From contig NC_043006.1 of assembly GCF_006345805.1 (NCBI RefSeq), forward strand, positions 35,836,001-35,900,000: a DNA stretch of 64,000 nt, written 5' to 3'. Below the pieces are notes generated by a model. It saw only the letters and a program-made list of their open reading frames with translations, did not search any database and had not been told where the DNA came from. A program made the position numbers and the translations under genes. The stretch comes from Octopus sinensis. Its lineage: Eukaryota. Position 1 is the first letter of the stretch, and each line of letters opens with the position of its first letter. Below are positions 11,640-24,307 of this stretch, piece after piece.

Positions 11640-12990
11640 CAGTGACTTTGTCGTAGGGAGTGAAAAACGTTTCGAATAAAGTCCTTCTTCATAGAAAAGT
11701 TGACAGGAAGGAAATTAGACAGAGACATTCTGTAGCAATTAATAAGGAAGGCTGGGCCATGGCAGTTTCATATGTGATCAGGAAGTGGTAGGAGAGTGAA
11801 GCAGCGTAAGAGAAGTAGGAGGAAAGAGGGATAGAATGAGAAGTGGATGAAGGCGACAGTGAGCTGAAGAGAATACATTAGGTGAGACGTAAGTTGAAGG
11901 ATTTAATTAACTAAGAGTAGATGTAGGAAAAGCAGGAAAGACATCCGATTAAAAATGTCGGTGATAAAGTATCCAGTCTGAATATGAAACGTTGTTCCCT
12001 CCGTTTCTTTCAAAGTGTGAATCTTTGGTGTGCGACGGTGTCACACACTGATAAATGAGTGATGGAAAGGCTTACACTATCTAGGTGGCGACAGCTTGGC
12101 CTGAAATACGCTGTGGAACGCTTCGAATGAGGTCCCGAAAGCGATCGGTAAGGCATCGGTCTGTTTTCCCAAAATCAAGAAATTTCACATGTGATATATA
12201 TAGTATAATACGCAAAGTTTGCACGTGATGCAATATATTATGTCAGACGATGTCCACCAGAAGTTCTTGGTAATGTGATATTGTGACTTGGTAGTGGTAA
12301 TGGTTGTAGTTTTGTTATGTAGGAGCAAGTACCACATTCAAAAATGCCAGGTTGCGTGGGATAGCTAATGTGAAGCTTTTTACTTAGAACTTCTAGTTTC
12401 TTTTATGAAAGCGATTAGAGGTGGTCGAGAAAGACTGGAGTGAACGGAAGTTACGAATGGGTTTATGTTTCAATGAAAGAACAGATGTAAGATGATAGAG
12501 AGTGGATTGTAGTACGTAGGTGTACATGAAGAGGGTAGGAAAGCGGTGAGCCGGTAGAGTGCCAGGTCGGCAAGTGATCGCGGGTTCACTGTATTTTTTC
12601 CCGTTGGAATTTTTAAAGTAAATCAATGTTGTAGATCCAGCGAAGGCGAAGAAATTGAGAACATGGTATGGCAGACTTTATGTATTTGAAGTGATAAGCT
12701 GAGGTGTGGCTATAGGAGATGGAGCCAGGAAGTTTGTGGTGGACAGATAGATATGGAGAGATTGTTTGTAATGATGGAGACATCGAGAAAACGAACAAAG
12801 GTATCAGATACGGTGGAGATATATTCCAAAGCAGAGTGAAAAGAGGTATCGAAAGAGATAAAGCTATCGGACTGTTGCTGGTGAGGTGGTGGCATCGACA
12901 TAGTCGTCAATATAAGGACGGTATAGATATGAAAAATGTTCCCGGTGAATTAAGGGACGATTTGTTCTTCAATGAAGTCTAAAATGATAT
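11640..12990 (-). mobile_element. Decayed Penelope-like element (RT thumb, GIY-YIG region, pyrimidine-rich 3' UTR, degenerate HHR near 11660-11700)
   Basis: Minus-strand fragments FHSALEYISTVSDTFVRFLDVSI, SAIPCSQFLRLRWI and SSDIIYCITCKLC are homologous to the copy at 47600-48945. Confidence 0.75.
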
Positions 12991-13119
12991 TTGAATCCTA
13001 GTTCCTCTAGCGACCCCACTGACATGTTTATAAAATTCTCCGGAGAAAGAAAGGCTATAAAGGTGGGGGAGAAGTTCGGTTAAAGTAAAAGAGTAAAAAA
13101 TATATATATATAGATATAC

Positions 13120-13285
13120 ATACGACGGCTTCTTTCAGTTCCAGTCTACCAAATCCACTCACAACGGTGTGATTGGCCTGAGGCTACCGTGGAAGACTTT
13201 TGCCCAGGATTCCATGTAGTGGGACAGAACTCGGAACCATGTGATTGTAAGACAAGCTTTTAACCAGACACCCACACCTGCGCCT
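13120..13285 (-). mobile_element. SINE family B 5' half
   Basis: Reverse complement of the tRNA-like head and GAAACTG.AAGAAGCCGTCG segment. Confidence 0.75.
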
Positions 13286-14149
13286 ATACAGACACACATA
13301 CACACTCGCGCATACACAATTCTCTCTCTTTCTCACATACACACATACACATATATATGTATGTATACATATCTATATGTATGTATGAAGGCAGTATGTA
13401 TAGTTTAAAACATTCCAGTCACCATCACTCTCATCCATTTATGCTTGGAAAACCTGAGAGTCACTAGCAAAGGAATTTCCAAATTGTTCTTCGCAAAGAC
13501 ATACAATAGCAGTGTAATTAGTGTACTCGGGGTATTTTCCGCTCCTATCTCAAACAGAATAAGAAAGAGGGAAATAGCTTTGTTCAATCATCCTTCCAAC
13601 CTAGATCACGATATAAGCATTTATTAAGTTCACATTTAATATGAAATTAGCGAATCAGACGAGGAGACACTCACAAATATTCCGGTTTCTTATGCACGTG
13701 TAATGCACACGAGTTGCACTGGTAGCACTTGATGAACGCATGACGTAATATACCAGCTACGCATGATCTAGGCTCTTGATTTGAATCAGTGAATATTCAG
13801 GCGTTTACAACCTGTCATGGACGTAAATGTTTCTCATGACATCAACAACATAAATTAGCTTTCCGGTGAAGAGATGTCACTGATTGATTTACATATTATA
13901 TTATATAATATGGTTAAGCATAAGTTTTGCATCTGTCATACGGGTTTGTACCGATAGAGAGAGATAGTCACCGCCAAGTCTGGTGCCCATCAGCACTATT
14001 ATATTATCGCCTTACAAAAGAAATGAGTTTCGTAGCTCCCACATTGCATAAACCCATCAATTTGCGACCCACCCGTCCATTTAGAAGCTTCATTATTTAA
14101 TATGGTTTACACTTAAAACAGTTGGCGGGGAATTTCTTCAAAACATGGC

Positions 14150-14390
14150 TGTATATTCAGTCATATATACGCCTTTTTGCATGGCGGGTAATCGTTCAAA
14201 AACAGCCATTTTTGAGGGGAGGAAGAAACAGCAATCGACTACATCGAGTACAGTACTTGATGGGTACTTTATTTCATCGACTCCAAGCAGATGGAAGGTA
14301 CAGTTAACCCCGGCAGGATTTGAACTGAGAAAGTAAAGAATCGGAAGGAGTGCCACTAAGCGTTTTGTTCGACATGCTAACGATTAGTAA
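14150..14390 (-). mobile_element. SINE family A
   Basis: Reverse complement of GTTAGCA.G.CG..C.AAA.GCTTAG...GTACC.ATC.AGTACTG. Confidence 0.7.
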
Positions 14391-14861
14391 CATAAAAGAT
14401 TTGTTAAATATTTGTACTTTCCGCCATGAAAAGGAAAAAAAAATGCCAGCTTTGTTTGTTACGGAAGATTTTGCTGTGTCATTGAGTGGGGTGGAATCCT
14501 GCGTGAACAGTAACCACGATATTGACAAATTGATTTCCTGTGTTTGGGCAGATGTTGCAAGTAACACGTATTACTCACAGTTTCCTGCCTAATCGACGAC
14601 CGACGATGAGCAAATTAGATACGATGAAATTTTAATCTGCTGCTAATGATTTATGTATTAACTCCACCTTTTATTTGTTTTTTATTTGATTCATTTTCAA
14701 CCTTTTCCTTGAAGTAACTTTTGAAAAAATAAGAGGTATTGCATTTAGCGAAAAACGTGATACAGAATATAGACGTGTGTAAACATGCATATATGCGTGT
14801 GAGCGTATGTACACACACATACACACACACATATGCGTGTGCCTATATATACAAACACGTA

Positions 14862-14917
<56 letters not shown>

Positions 14918-15069
14918 TCTATATATATGCGTGTGAGTGTATGTACACACACACACATATGCGTGTGCTTGTATGTGCACACACATACCCATATATATAT
15001 TTTTATATATATATATATATACATGTATATTTATGTATGTATGTATGTATATAAGTATGTATATATTTA

Positions 15070-15342
15070 TTTACATATATATCACCGTGACAGACCAGGC
15101 TATCAGATGTTGCTATACATCGCTGGTCACCATGCGCTTCGCATTGTTTTAGCCTTCAAATGACGCAGGTTAACAGAAGAAAGAGTGAGAGAAAGTTGTG
15201 GCGAAAGAGTACAGCAGGGATCGCCACCACCCCCTGCCGGAGCTTTAGGTGTTTTCGCTCACAACGCCCGGTCTGGGAATCGAACCCGCGATCCTACGAC
15301 GGTGAGTCCGCTGCCCTAACCACTGGGCCATTGCGCTTCCAC
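15070..15342 (-). mobile_element. tRNA-derived SINE family C (GG..GCGCAATGGCCCAGTGGTTAGGGCAG head)
   Basis: A-box TGGCCCAGTGG and B-box GGTTCGATTCC; homologous to 30457-30725 and 53416-53605. Confidence 0.8.
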
Positions 15343-15375
<33 letters not shown>

Positions 15376-15586
15376 GATATATAATTATATATTATATATA
15401 ATATATATATATATATAAGTATATTATATATATATATATATCTATAATATATATATTATATATATATATAATATATATATATTATAAATATATATATATA
15501 ATATATATATCTATATATATATAGATATATATATATGGAAAAAACAAGTCAAAATAGAAAATGCTAAAATAATTTTATAGTGAACA

Positions 15587-15630
15587 TTTCAGTACCGGTT
15601 TCGGTCATTTTGAGACCTTTTCAACTGTTC
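15587..15630 (-). ncRNA. Minimal type I hammerhead motif, U3-A8 core variant
   Basis: Minus strand: CAG TTGAAAA GGTC tcaaaat GACC GAAA CCGG TA / CTG. Confidence 0.7.
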
Positions 15631-17565
15631 AATTCAGGAGAATATTTCTATTGAAAGGCTTGTTTATAGAATTTGCGTAGGTGTTATACTAAAAAACATT
15701 AGTGACAAAGTTAAGGGGTAGAAGGTGGAGAAGTAGAAGAAGAAGAAGAAGATGACGATGTTGATGATGATGATGATGAAGAAGAAGAAAGAAGAAGAAG
15801 AAGAAGAAGAAGAAGAAGAAGAAGAAGAAGGAGAAGGAGAAGATGATGATGATGATGATGGTGGTGATGATGATGACGACGATGATGATGATAATGATGA
15901 TGATGAAGAAGAAGAGGAAGAAGAAGAAAAAAACAGAGAAGGGAGAATATGAATGGGTGAAATTAGTGGGTGTTGTATGACTTGAAGTTGGCATGTTTGG
16001 AGTATAGCTGTGATTGGGGCTGATTAGTAATGGATTCTTTGGAATGTATATTTGTGTGTGTATATTTCTTTTATTCTAAAGTTGAGGTATAATTAAATTG
16101 TTTGTCGTAGACCCGTTAAGAAGTGGCCTGTATTTTGTAATAAAGAGAGTTTCTTTACTTATTCGTTGTCTCGAGGTTGTATCGTCCCTAAATTGGTAGA
16201 GGGGAATAATTCTGAAGCTTGGTGTTTTTTTGTTGGCGCAAGTATCTATGTGTTGGCTAAAAGCTATTTTTCTGTTTTGGGGAATTTTTATCTGGGATCT
16301 GTGCATGGCCATTCGTTTACGCAAACTATTTTTTTTGTTTGGCCTATGTACTGCTCTTGACATCCGGAGCAGGTTAGTGAGTATATTAGGTTCTCCGAAG
16401 CACATGTGAAGTTGCTTTTCACTGTAAACCGTTGTCCCTGTTTGAAGGAGAACTCTGATCCCTCAATTAGATAGTCGCATATCCCGCAATTGGGTCTTCC
16501 ACATTTTTTACTGTCGGCTTCTGTGTTGAAGAGTGAATTCGGGCTTGTGTTAGGAGACTTTTCATGGATTTAGGCTGTCTCTTGCTTTTTATGATCGTGT
16601 GTGTTTGGAGGATTGTGTTCATTCCGTGGTCTTTTTTTAGGAGGGGTATGTTGTGGAGGATGGTGCCGAAGGCTTCGTTATTGAGAGGGTGTGTGGAGAT
16701 GTATGGTAAGGCTTTTGGTTGTAAGTTTTTCTTTGATTTGGGATGTCTCAGTTCCTTGATGTTAAGTTGAAGGGCACGTTGAATGCACTTGTCAATAAGT
16801 GAAGGGGGATAGTTCCTGGTGATAAGGGTATCTTTTAGTTATTGTAGTCGTGTGTCTCTGGTGTTGCGTTAGAGACTATAGTGCATATCCTTTTTGCTAG
16901 ATTGAAGGGGATATTCATCCTGGTGTGTCTGGGGTGGCATGAATTGAATGGAAGATATTGCTTAGAGTCTGTAGGCTTATAATATATGTCTGTTTCTATT
17001 ATATTATTAGCTTTCTTAATGAGGATATCGAGGAAGGGGAGTTGTTGCTGGCTATATTCCATCGTGAATTGGATGTTTACGTCCAGTCCGTTTAAAATTT
17101 CCTGGAATTCTATGAGTTTTTCTATATTTTTATGCCAAAGAATGAAACAGTCATCTAGATATCTCTTCCAGTTGTTTTCTATGTAGATGGAGAAAGGGCT
17201 GCCATATTTCTAGAACCTTACGATACAGACTGATCTCTAGATATCCTATGACTAGGTTGGCAAAGGAGGGGGCCATTCGTGTACCCATCGCAGTCCCCGA
17301 TTTTTGTCGGTTGAACTGCGACTGCTAGCCGCCACTGACCATTCAAAATATGACCATCAGGGCACTCACAAATTCCCCCCCCCCTTTCCTCATCAGCCTT
17401 CTTCTTCTTCTACCCTACCAAGAACTCACAACGACCCCGAACACACAAGTGCAAACAAGGGAGTCAGAGAAAGGCAGAATGCCACTTATATCTGAACACT
17501 ACTATAGAAATATTCCTTTAAAATAAACTTTTCTTCTAATTTTTCTAATTTTAATTATTTAGTCG

Positions 17566-17609
17566 TTACAGTTGAAAAGGTCTCAAAATGACCGAAACCG
17601 GTACTGAAA
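17566..17609 (+). ncRNA. Minimal type I hammerhead motif, U3-A8 core variant
   Basis: TTACAG TTGAAAA GGTC tcaaaat GACC GAAA CCGG TA / CTGAAA. Stems I and II are in register and stem III is the palindrome ACCGGT. Confidence 0.7.
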
Positions 17610-17729
17610 TGTTCACTGTAAAATTATTTTAGCATCTTCTATTTTTGACTTTTTTTTCATATATATCAACTCGTGTGTTCTTTTCACCTTATACATATAT
17701 ATATATATATATATAATATTATATATATA

Positions 17730-17767
<38 letters not shown>

Positions 17768-17830
17768 CTATATACACATATATATAATATACATATTATA
17801 CATATATATACATATATATATATATATATA

Positions 17831-17884
<54 letters not shown>

Positions 17885-18361
17885 CGTGTGGTTTCTATGA
17901 TATATATGTATGTATATATGTATCATGAGAGTGTCTGTGTTAGCCCCGGAAATACTTTTGTTAATGTACAAGTATAAATTTGCAGCGATTAAAAAGTCAT
18001 TTTTCTGTTACTAAGTAAGATGTGTCGTTTCTTGTTTTTCTTTCTCCAATTCATTCCTGCATCAATTCAATATGACCTGTAGCGAAGAAGGAACGTAATG
18101 TCTCTTTGAAACGAGAGTGACAAAAAGACTGCACCCCGATGTGTGTATGTGTGTGTGTGTGTGTTTGTTTGTTCGTGTGTGTTCGTGTGTTTATGCATGT
18201 ATCTATGTATGTACGTATCGTGACGTTTGCTTCATTCATGACGACGGCTATGAACATTGAATTAAAATAAATTATTTTATTTGTTTCAATCGCCAGACAG
18301 CGGCCATGCTGGGGCAACGCATTACAAAGAATATTCGTTGATTATATCAATACATGTAGTG

Positions 18362-18535
18362 CAGTCTCAGTTCTTCCTGCGCTCTCGTGCACTTTGGGCA
18401 GCAAGCTGACGCCACTGGTTACACTTGGTTGCGGTTTTCTCCACATCCAGTCACGTAATATTGACCTCCCTCATGTCGGTTATGAGTGTTGAGCGCCATG
18501 TTGTTTTCGGTCTATCTCTCTTTCTTTCCTATTTT
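18362..18535 (-). mobile_element. RTE-type LINE 3' end
   Basis: Minus frame KERDRPKTTWRSTLITDMREVNIT*LDVEKTATKCNQWRQLAAQSARERRKN* matches the RTE C-terminal GRP..TW...DR..WR pattern. Confidence 0.75.
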
Positions 18536-19421
18536 TAATTCGCGTTGACAACTCATTTTTTACGTCCGTTGCAGGTGTAGGTTGACCCTAATGTTGTCAG
18601 GAATTACATTGATAAATTTGATCTAAATTACGTAAATTTTGATAATTATGTTTGAGTGATATGAAAAATGCTGTACACCGTCATATTGGATTGAGAGTCG
18701 GGAGTAGGATAATCTGCACTAGAATGAGATGATTGAGCGCGGCTATTTTGAGGGTTTACAATTTAGCGGGGTTGACTGAACATTCAACTTATTTTGATGA
18801 CGGCAATTTTTGGTACTAGAGGCAAACTCATAAATGCATGCATGAGTTCACAGGAAATATACCCATACAGAAAGGAAGAGAGAGCGTTACATATACATAC
18901 CGGTATAACTAGACGCTCACACACATAAACAATGCGAGCGGAGCCCAGAGAAGGAGAAAGAGTTTAAAGTAGAGAGGTATTAAAAACTCTGAAGTCAATT
19001 TAAGTCAACATCGAAACAGGCGGCGTCAAAACGTTATGCACATCTTAATGCTAGGGAGAAAAAAAGATGATAAGGAAAATTATTTTCCTGCCGCAAGGCA
19101 TGCTTTATTTTAATAAAACGTGATCTTGTATCGTTTACTTGCTTTACTCATAGGACTGCGACCATAATCGCCTTTAAGTGTTTAATCAACCAAGTCGATA
19201 CAAGTATATATTTTTAACCTGGCAGTATTCTACGGACTCTTTCTGCCGGACCAAAATGTTACGGGGGACGGAAATCTAAAGAACAACCAACACTAGTTGT
19301 CAAGTTGTCGTGGTGGTGGGGGGGCAAAAACATGGCACAAGCGCAGTGACACAGATAAATATACATACATACTAACTATATATATACATATATATATGTA
19401 TATATACATATATATATATAC

Positions 19422-19537
<116 letters not shown>

Positions 19538-19728
19538 AACATATACATATATATATCTGAAGAAACTTGCCTTCGGCAAATATATTTTTTTTTGCTGGAG
19601 ATAGTTAGAAACCGTCGGTCTGGGATATAGTTGAGATGGTAAATGTTTTTAATTTTCATTCGTTCATGAATTTAGCCTTTTTGTGTTCTAGCACACGCTT
19701 TCCTATTGGAAGCCTCTTATTGTATTTC

Positions 19729-19759
<31 letters not shown>

Positions 19760-19767
19760 GATATATC

Positions 19768-19960
19768 GAAGGAGAGGAGCTTTCTCCGTCCGGGTTGCGG
19801 ATCCGTGGAACAAGCTGCCAGACGAGATGGTGAAGATGCCGACGACCGCTTTGTGGCCTGAACTCTTTACATGAACACCACCCTGTACTTAACTCCATGT
19901 CCCCCTACATGGCCTTGCTATTTGCTTTTGAGCCAAATTAAATAACTAACTAACTAACAT
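19768..19960 (+). mobile_element. CR1/L2-like LINE 3' end with (TAAC)n tail
   Basis: RRGAFSVRVADPWNKLPDEMVKM matches the R..FFS.RV...WN.LP..VV motif. The fragment ends in TAACTAACTAAC. Confidence 0.75.
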
Positions 19961-19992
19961 ATATGTATATATATAATATATAATATATATAT

Positions 19993-20034
<42 letters not shown>

Positions 20035-20981
20035 ACAACGGGTTTCTTTCTTTCCGTCTACTAAATGCACTCACGGTCAACCCATGGTCATAGCAGAATA
20101 TATTTTCCCAAGGTACCATACTGTAGGAATGAACCCAAAACAACATGGCCTGTAAGCAAGCTTATTAACCACACATCCACGCCATACTTTTGATGCTATT
20201 AGGAAGTTTACACCTATTATGTGGTTTATATGAACCTGTTACTAGACACACATACACACACAGACACACACACACACACACATATACATACATATCTCTA
20301 TATATATATTGATAGCAACGTGGTGGGGGGTCCGTGTGGTTATAAGTAATAAATATAAACGAAATCAATGTTGCAGTTTGAATACATCGTTTCAGACATG
20401 TCACTCGCCGAACAGGTATAACTGCTATGTGCGTACGGGGGAGAGAGAGAACGAGTGGGTGGGGGTGGGTTGTAAAGCATTACGTTTGATCTTGAATTGT
20501 TTCATGCGTTCGTTTCATGATCCAGTTTATGTGGGGTTTTTTCAACCCAAGGCAGCATGGTGGAATTCATAGAAAACGGGATGGGATGAATGACCCCCAA
20601 GGTTGGGACGTGAAAATATAAGAGATAGAAGTTTTATATCGAAGTGATATTGGTGGATGCGACGGTATAAATTGCAGGTGGGGCGGCATTCATCTGTCAT
20701 TACGTCAGTTGAATCGAGACGTATAAGGTCCGAAAGAAGTAATAAAAATAAACATGCATGTATTTATTCAAACATACATACAAATACACACTCACACACA
20801 CGTATATATATGCATATAAATAACATTATATATATATATATATATATATATATCCTCCTGTTACTGTATCTCTGAGAGATTTAAAAATATATTTCTATTT
20901 TTGTTGACCACTGAATGTATTTCACTTGAAATTCTATAAGTTTTCAACAGCATTTTAGCGGCGATAGAACAAGGTTAAATT

Positions 20982-21027
20982 ATTCCAGACTGATGAAGAG
21001 CAATTAACATGAAACTAGTCTCTGAAT
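20982..21027 (+). ncRNA. Minimal type I hammerhead motif with canonical core and weak stem II
   Basis: ATTCCAGA CTGATGA A GAG caattaa CAT GAAA CTAG TC / TCTGAAT; stem III is the palindrome ACTAGT and the cleavage triplet is GUC. Confidence 0.65.
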
Positions 21028-21219
21028 GCTGCTCTGAATGCTCTGAATGAGGCTCTTCCTGCGCTGAAAAACGGTAGTAGCATCAAACAGCCATTTTGAT
21101 GACCTGATAAAAAGCACTTCTCAGTATAGTTAATACTTTCGCCTTTTATACAGATGTTCTAACTTGCTACTTTGCTTTGATGTGATCAACAGAACAGCCT
21201 GCTCGTGAAATTAAAGTAG

Positions 21220-21400
21220 AAGTGATCAAGTGCTCCACAGACACGCTTACCTTTGACGTATTTCTCAGGGAGATTCGGCGTGACACAGAATGTGGCGAAG
21301 CCGGCTCTTTGAGTTACAGATTTCTGCCAGCTGATTGGGCTGGATCAACGTCAAAATATCGTGCTCAAGGTCACAACACTCTAACCACTAAGCCACGCGG
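21220..21400 (+). mobile_element. SINE-like repeat family D (GAGATTC.GCGTGACACAGA...GCTCAAGG.CACAAC)
   Basis: Homologous pieces at 22966-23010 and 57340-57465. Confidence 0.6.
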
Positions 21401-21488
21401 CTCGATATATATATTTATATATATATATATATATATGTATATAGATATATAGATAGATAGATATATAGATAGATAGATAGATAGATAT

Positions 21489-21576
<88 letters not shown>

Positions 21577-22079
21577 AGTGTCACGAATGAGAAGTTAACT
21601 GAATATAATTTCGGATAGTACTACGCGAATTAGAACACCACTCTCTACTTTTGCAAGGGAAGACGTAATAAATATAAAAATATAAATCCCAACGAAAACA
21701 TAATTCATTTTGATCACGTGACTGTTTAAATAGGCCGACCTTTTTGGCACTCTTTTACTTAGTCCATGGGCCACGTCAGCTAGCGGTACTATCTGGAGTT
21801 AATACACCTAAGTGGTATTAAAATGTTTATAGGGTCACTATGAGTACCGAAAAAAGTGTAATGGCTCTTTCAGCTCGGTAGCTTTGTTCTGTTTTTTTTT
21901 TTTTGTTTTTTTGCAGATTCCTGAAATGTCCCCAATACTCATACCGAAGTACTTCTGTGCGTGATGACTACAACACATTTGACATCGTTCACACGTCGAG
22001 TGGAAATTAGAATGACCAGAACAAGCTCCTCGTATATCCAGACAGGCTTTCCATGGATGATTTTGTCATAAAACACCAC

Positions 22080-22525
22080 AGGCGCAGGAGTGGCTGTTTG
22101 GTAAGTAGCTTGCTAACCAACCACATGGTTCCGGGTTCAGTCCCACTGCGTGGCACCTTGGGCAAGTGTCTTCTGCTATAGCCCCGGGCCGACCAATGCC
22201 TTGTGAGTGGATTTGGTAGACGGAAACTGAAAGAAGCCTGTCGTATATATGTATATATTTATATAAGTGTGTGAATATGTTTGTGTGTCTGTGTTTGTTC
22301 CCCTAGCATTGCTTGACAACCGATGCATTTCTTGACAACCGATGCTGGTGTGTTTACGTCCCCGTCACTTAGCGGTTCGGCAAAAGAGACCGATAGAATA
22401 AGTACTGGGCTTACAAAGAATAAGTTTCGGGGTCCAGTTGCTCGACTAAAGGCGGTGCTCCAGCATGGCCGCAGTCAAATGACTGAAACAAGTAAAAAGA
22501 GTAAAAAAGAGTAAAGAGTAAAGAG
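22080..22525 (+). mobile_element. Full-length tRNA-derived SINE family B (OR1/OR2-like)
   Basis: Head GGCGCAGGAGTGGCTGTTTGGTAAG...GGTTCAGTCCC, core CCTTGGGCAAGTGTC, internal TA/TG repeat, LINE-like tail GGCGGTGCTCCAGCATGGCCGCAGTCAAATGACTGAAACAAG and a (GTAAAGA)n-like end. Further copies lie near 20035, 25790, 42270, 46768, 47236, 52225, 53915, 56560, 59275 and 60950. Confidence 0.9.
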
Positions 22526-22526
22526 A

Positions 22527-23665
22527 CTGGATCAGGGGCTGCGAGAATTAAAGACAATTCTGTCTGATGACTCTCTAGCCAAAGCAACAGCGCAGCTAAG
22601 ACAGCAAATAAAGAAACACGATCTCAGTCAAACATGGCCACCAAGTACCGACACAGTTACCAGATTTCTCTTTTCGTTGTTGACTGGGAAAAATTAATGA
22701 ACACATCCCTCAGAAAGGGTCCAGCGTCTTGCTACTTATTTTGGAAGTGACCTAGTGTTTGCCGTTACCTAGTGTTTGCTTAGGATACTGTTGTTCTGAT
22801 TTTGTGCCTAGGGTTCTGTAGCAAAATTCTGTGATCCCTGTACCAGACGTACGGTACAAAGAACAGAACACGCTTCGTTGACATTATAAAAATGAGTCAT
22901 GCACTGAGAAGGGGCATCTTTGATGCTTTGGATGGCATGCATGCCTTCACAAGGCTGTGGAAAGGATCAAGTGCTCCACAGACACGCTTACCCTTGACGT
23001 ATTTCTCAGGAGGTGGCATCATAAGGCTGTGGAAGTGACCAAGTTCTCCACAGAACGCTTAACCTTTGCTGGTCTTGGAAAGCTGACAACATTCAAACAG
23101 CTGAACTCCAACAAGACTTCCTGAGAAGCCTTCAGGGAACTGTGGCGGTCTTGGACTGTATCTCCTGAACTGTTTCAAAAGCTACAGATGATAACTTTCT
23201 AAATGTAAATGCCTTCTGCTTCAACAACTGAAGTAAATACTTTTCGATACCAGCTGTTTTGCGTTAGACATGGAAAAATTGAGTCAAGCCAACTACCTCC
23301 ATGTGAGAACTGCCTGTTCATGCATTCTCTTGATGCAAACTACCAAGCAGCCATCTGAAGAAGATGTCTACAGGCCCAACCCTTTGTTCCAAGCCCTATT
23401 GACTGTGGTTGGACATTGGATGTGGTGAGTGATCTCGCCATTGCTTGGATGCACAACTCACCTGCACCGGATGCTATTCTTCAGCTTTTGTCCAGCAAAT
23501 ATGTGCGTTCTTGCAAAGTACCAGCATACACCTGCCTCAGCAATGACTTGAGGTGCACAGACATTCGCAAGCTAAGAATAAGCGACAACCCAGCTCCTGA
23601 ATTCGGCGACAGAGACCCAGAATTAGAACTGAAGGATTCTGATGATGACCACGAGGATTAGCTTC
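22527..23665 (+). mobile_element. Decayed Academ-like DNA transposon ORF fragment (XPG/H3TH-like region plus C-terminal Cys-rich finger)
   Basis: GMHAFT..C, TFAGLGKLT, SQLPPCENCLFMHSLDANYQAAI*RRCL..PFVPSPIDCGW, and PAPDAILQLLSSKYVRSCK..C..N.L.CTD..KL (a decayed CXC). Stops and frameshifts are present. The superfamily is assigned from recalled domain architecture. Confidence 0.65.
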
Positions 23666-23724
23666 AGGGTATCCCTGACAGATCTAGAAACTGGCTAAAC
23701 TGTTGCTGCTATTCTACCAGAAAA

Positions 23725-24080
<356 letters not shown>

Positions 24081-24307
24081 TACAGAAAATCTTTGTTAAC
24101 TTGAAAACAATTGATACAATCTTTCCTAGTGGCAAGATTTGTTGTGTGCACATGAGAAAACTGAACAGTCTTGATGCGTCATGTATGGTTTTATATTCAA
24201 GACATACCATGCTTATGAAATATGCAATTCAATTTTATATTAAGTATAAACACATTGATTAAATTCTGATCTGTGGATCATTTCTTTGTCCTTGCAATAT
24301 AAAATAT

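Larger units (their letters stand above)
15538..17660 (-). mobile_element. 5'-truncated Penelope-like retroelement (RT C-half plus GIY-YIG endonuclease) bracketed by inverted pseudo-LTRs
   Basis: Minus strand, 17295 down to 16076: GTAMGTRMAPSFANL, KRYLDDCFILW, QLPFLDILI, YYKPTDSKQYL.FNSCHP, CGRPNCGIC, YIGQTK...SLRKRMAMHRSQI. 15538-15628 is the reverse complement of 17568-17658. Confidence 0.9.

Noticed and set aside
14460-14600. Peptide DIDKLISCVWADVASN, reminiscent of a Helitron helicase segment
   Set aside because: Too short, with no flanking helicase motifs.
18419-18499. Minus-strand AAAACAAC-ATG-GCG start giving MALNTHNRHEGG, resembling the WBP2 N-terminus
   Set aside because: It stops after 26 codons with no good splice donor. 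The adjacent frame is a clear RTE LINE C-terminus (RPKTTWRSTL...QWRQLAAQ), so the resemblance is coincidental.
21917-22010. Possible exon FLKCPQYSYRSTSVRDDYNTFDIVHTSSGN* after a poly-T acceptor
   Set aside because: No convincing donor and no recognisable homology.
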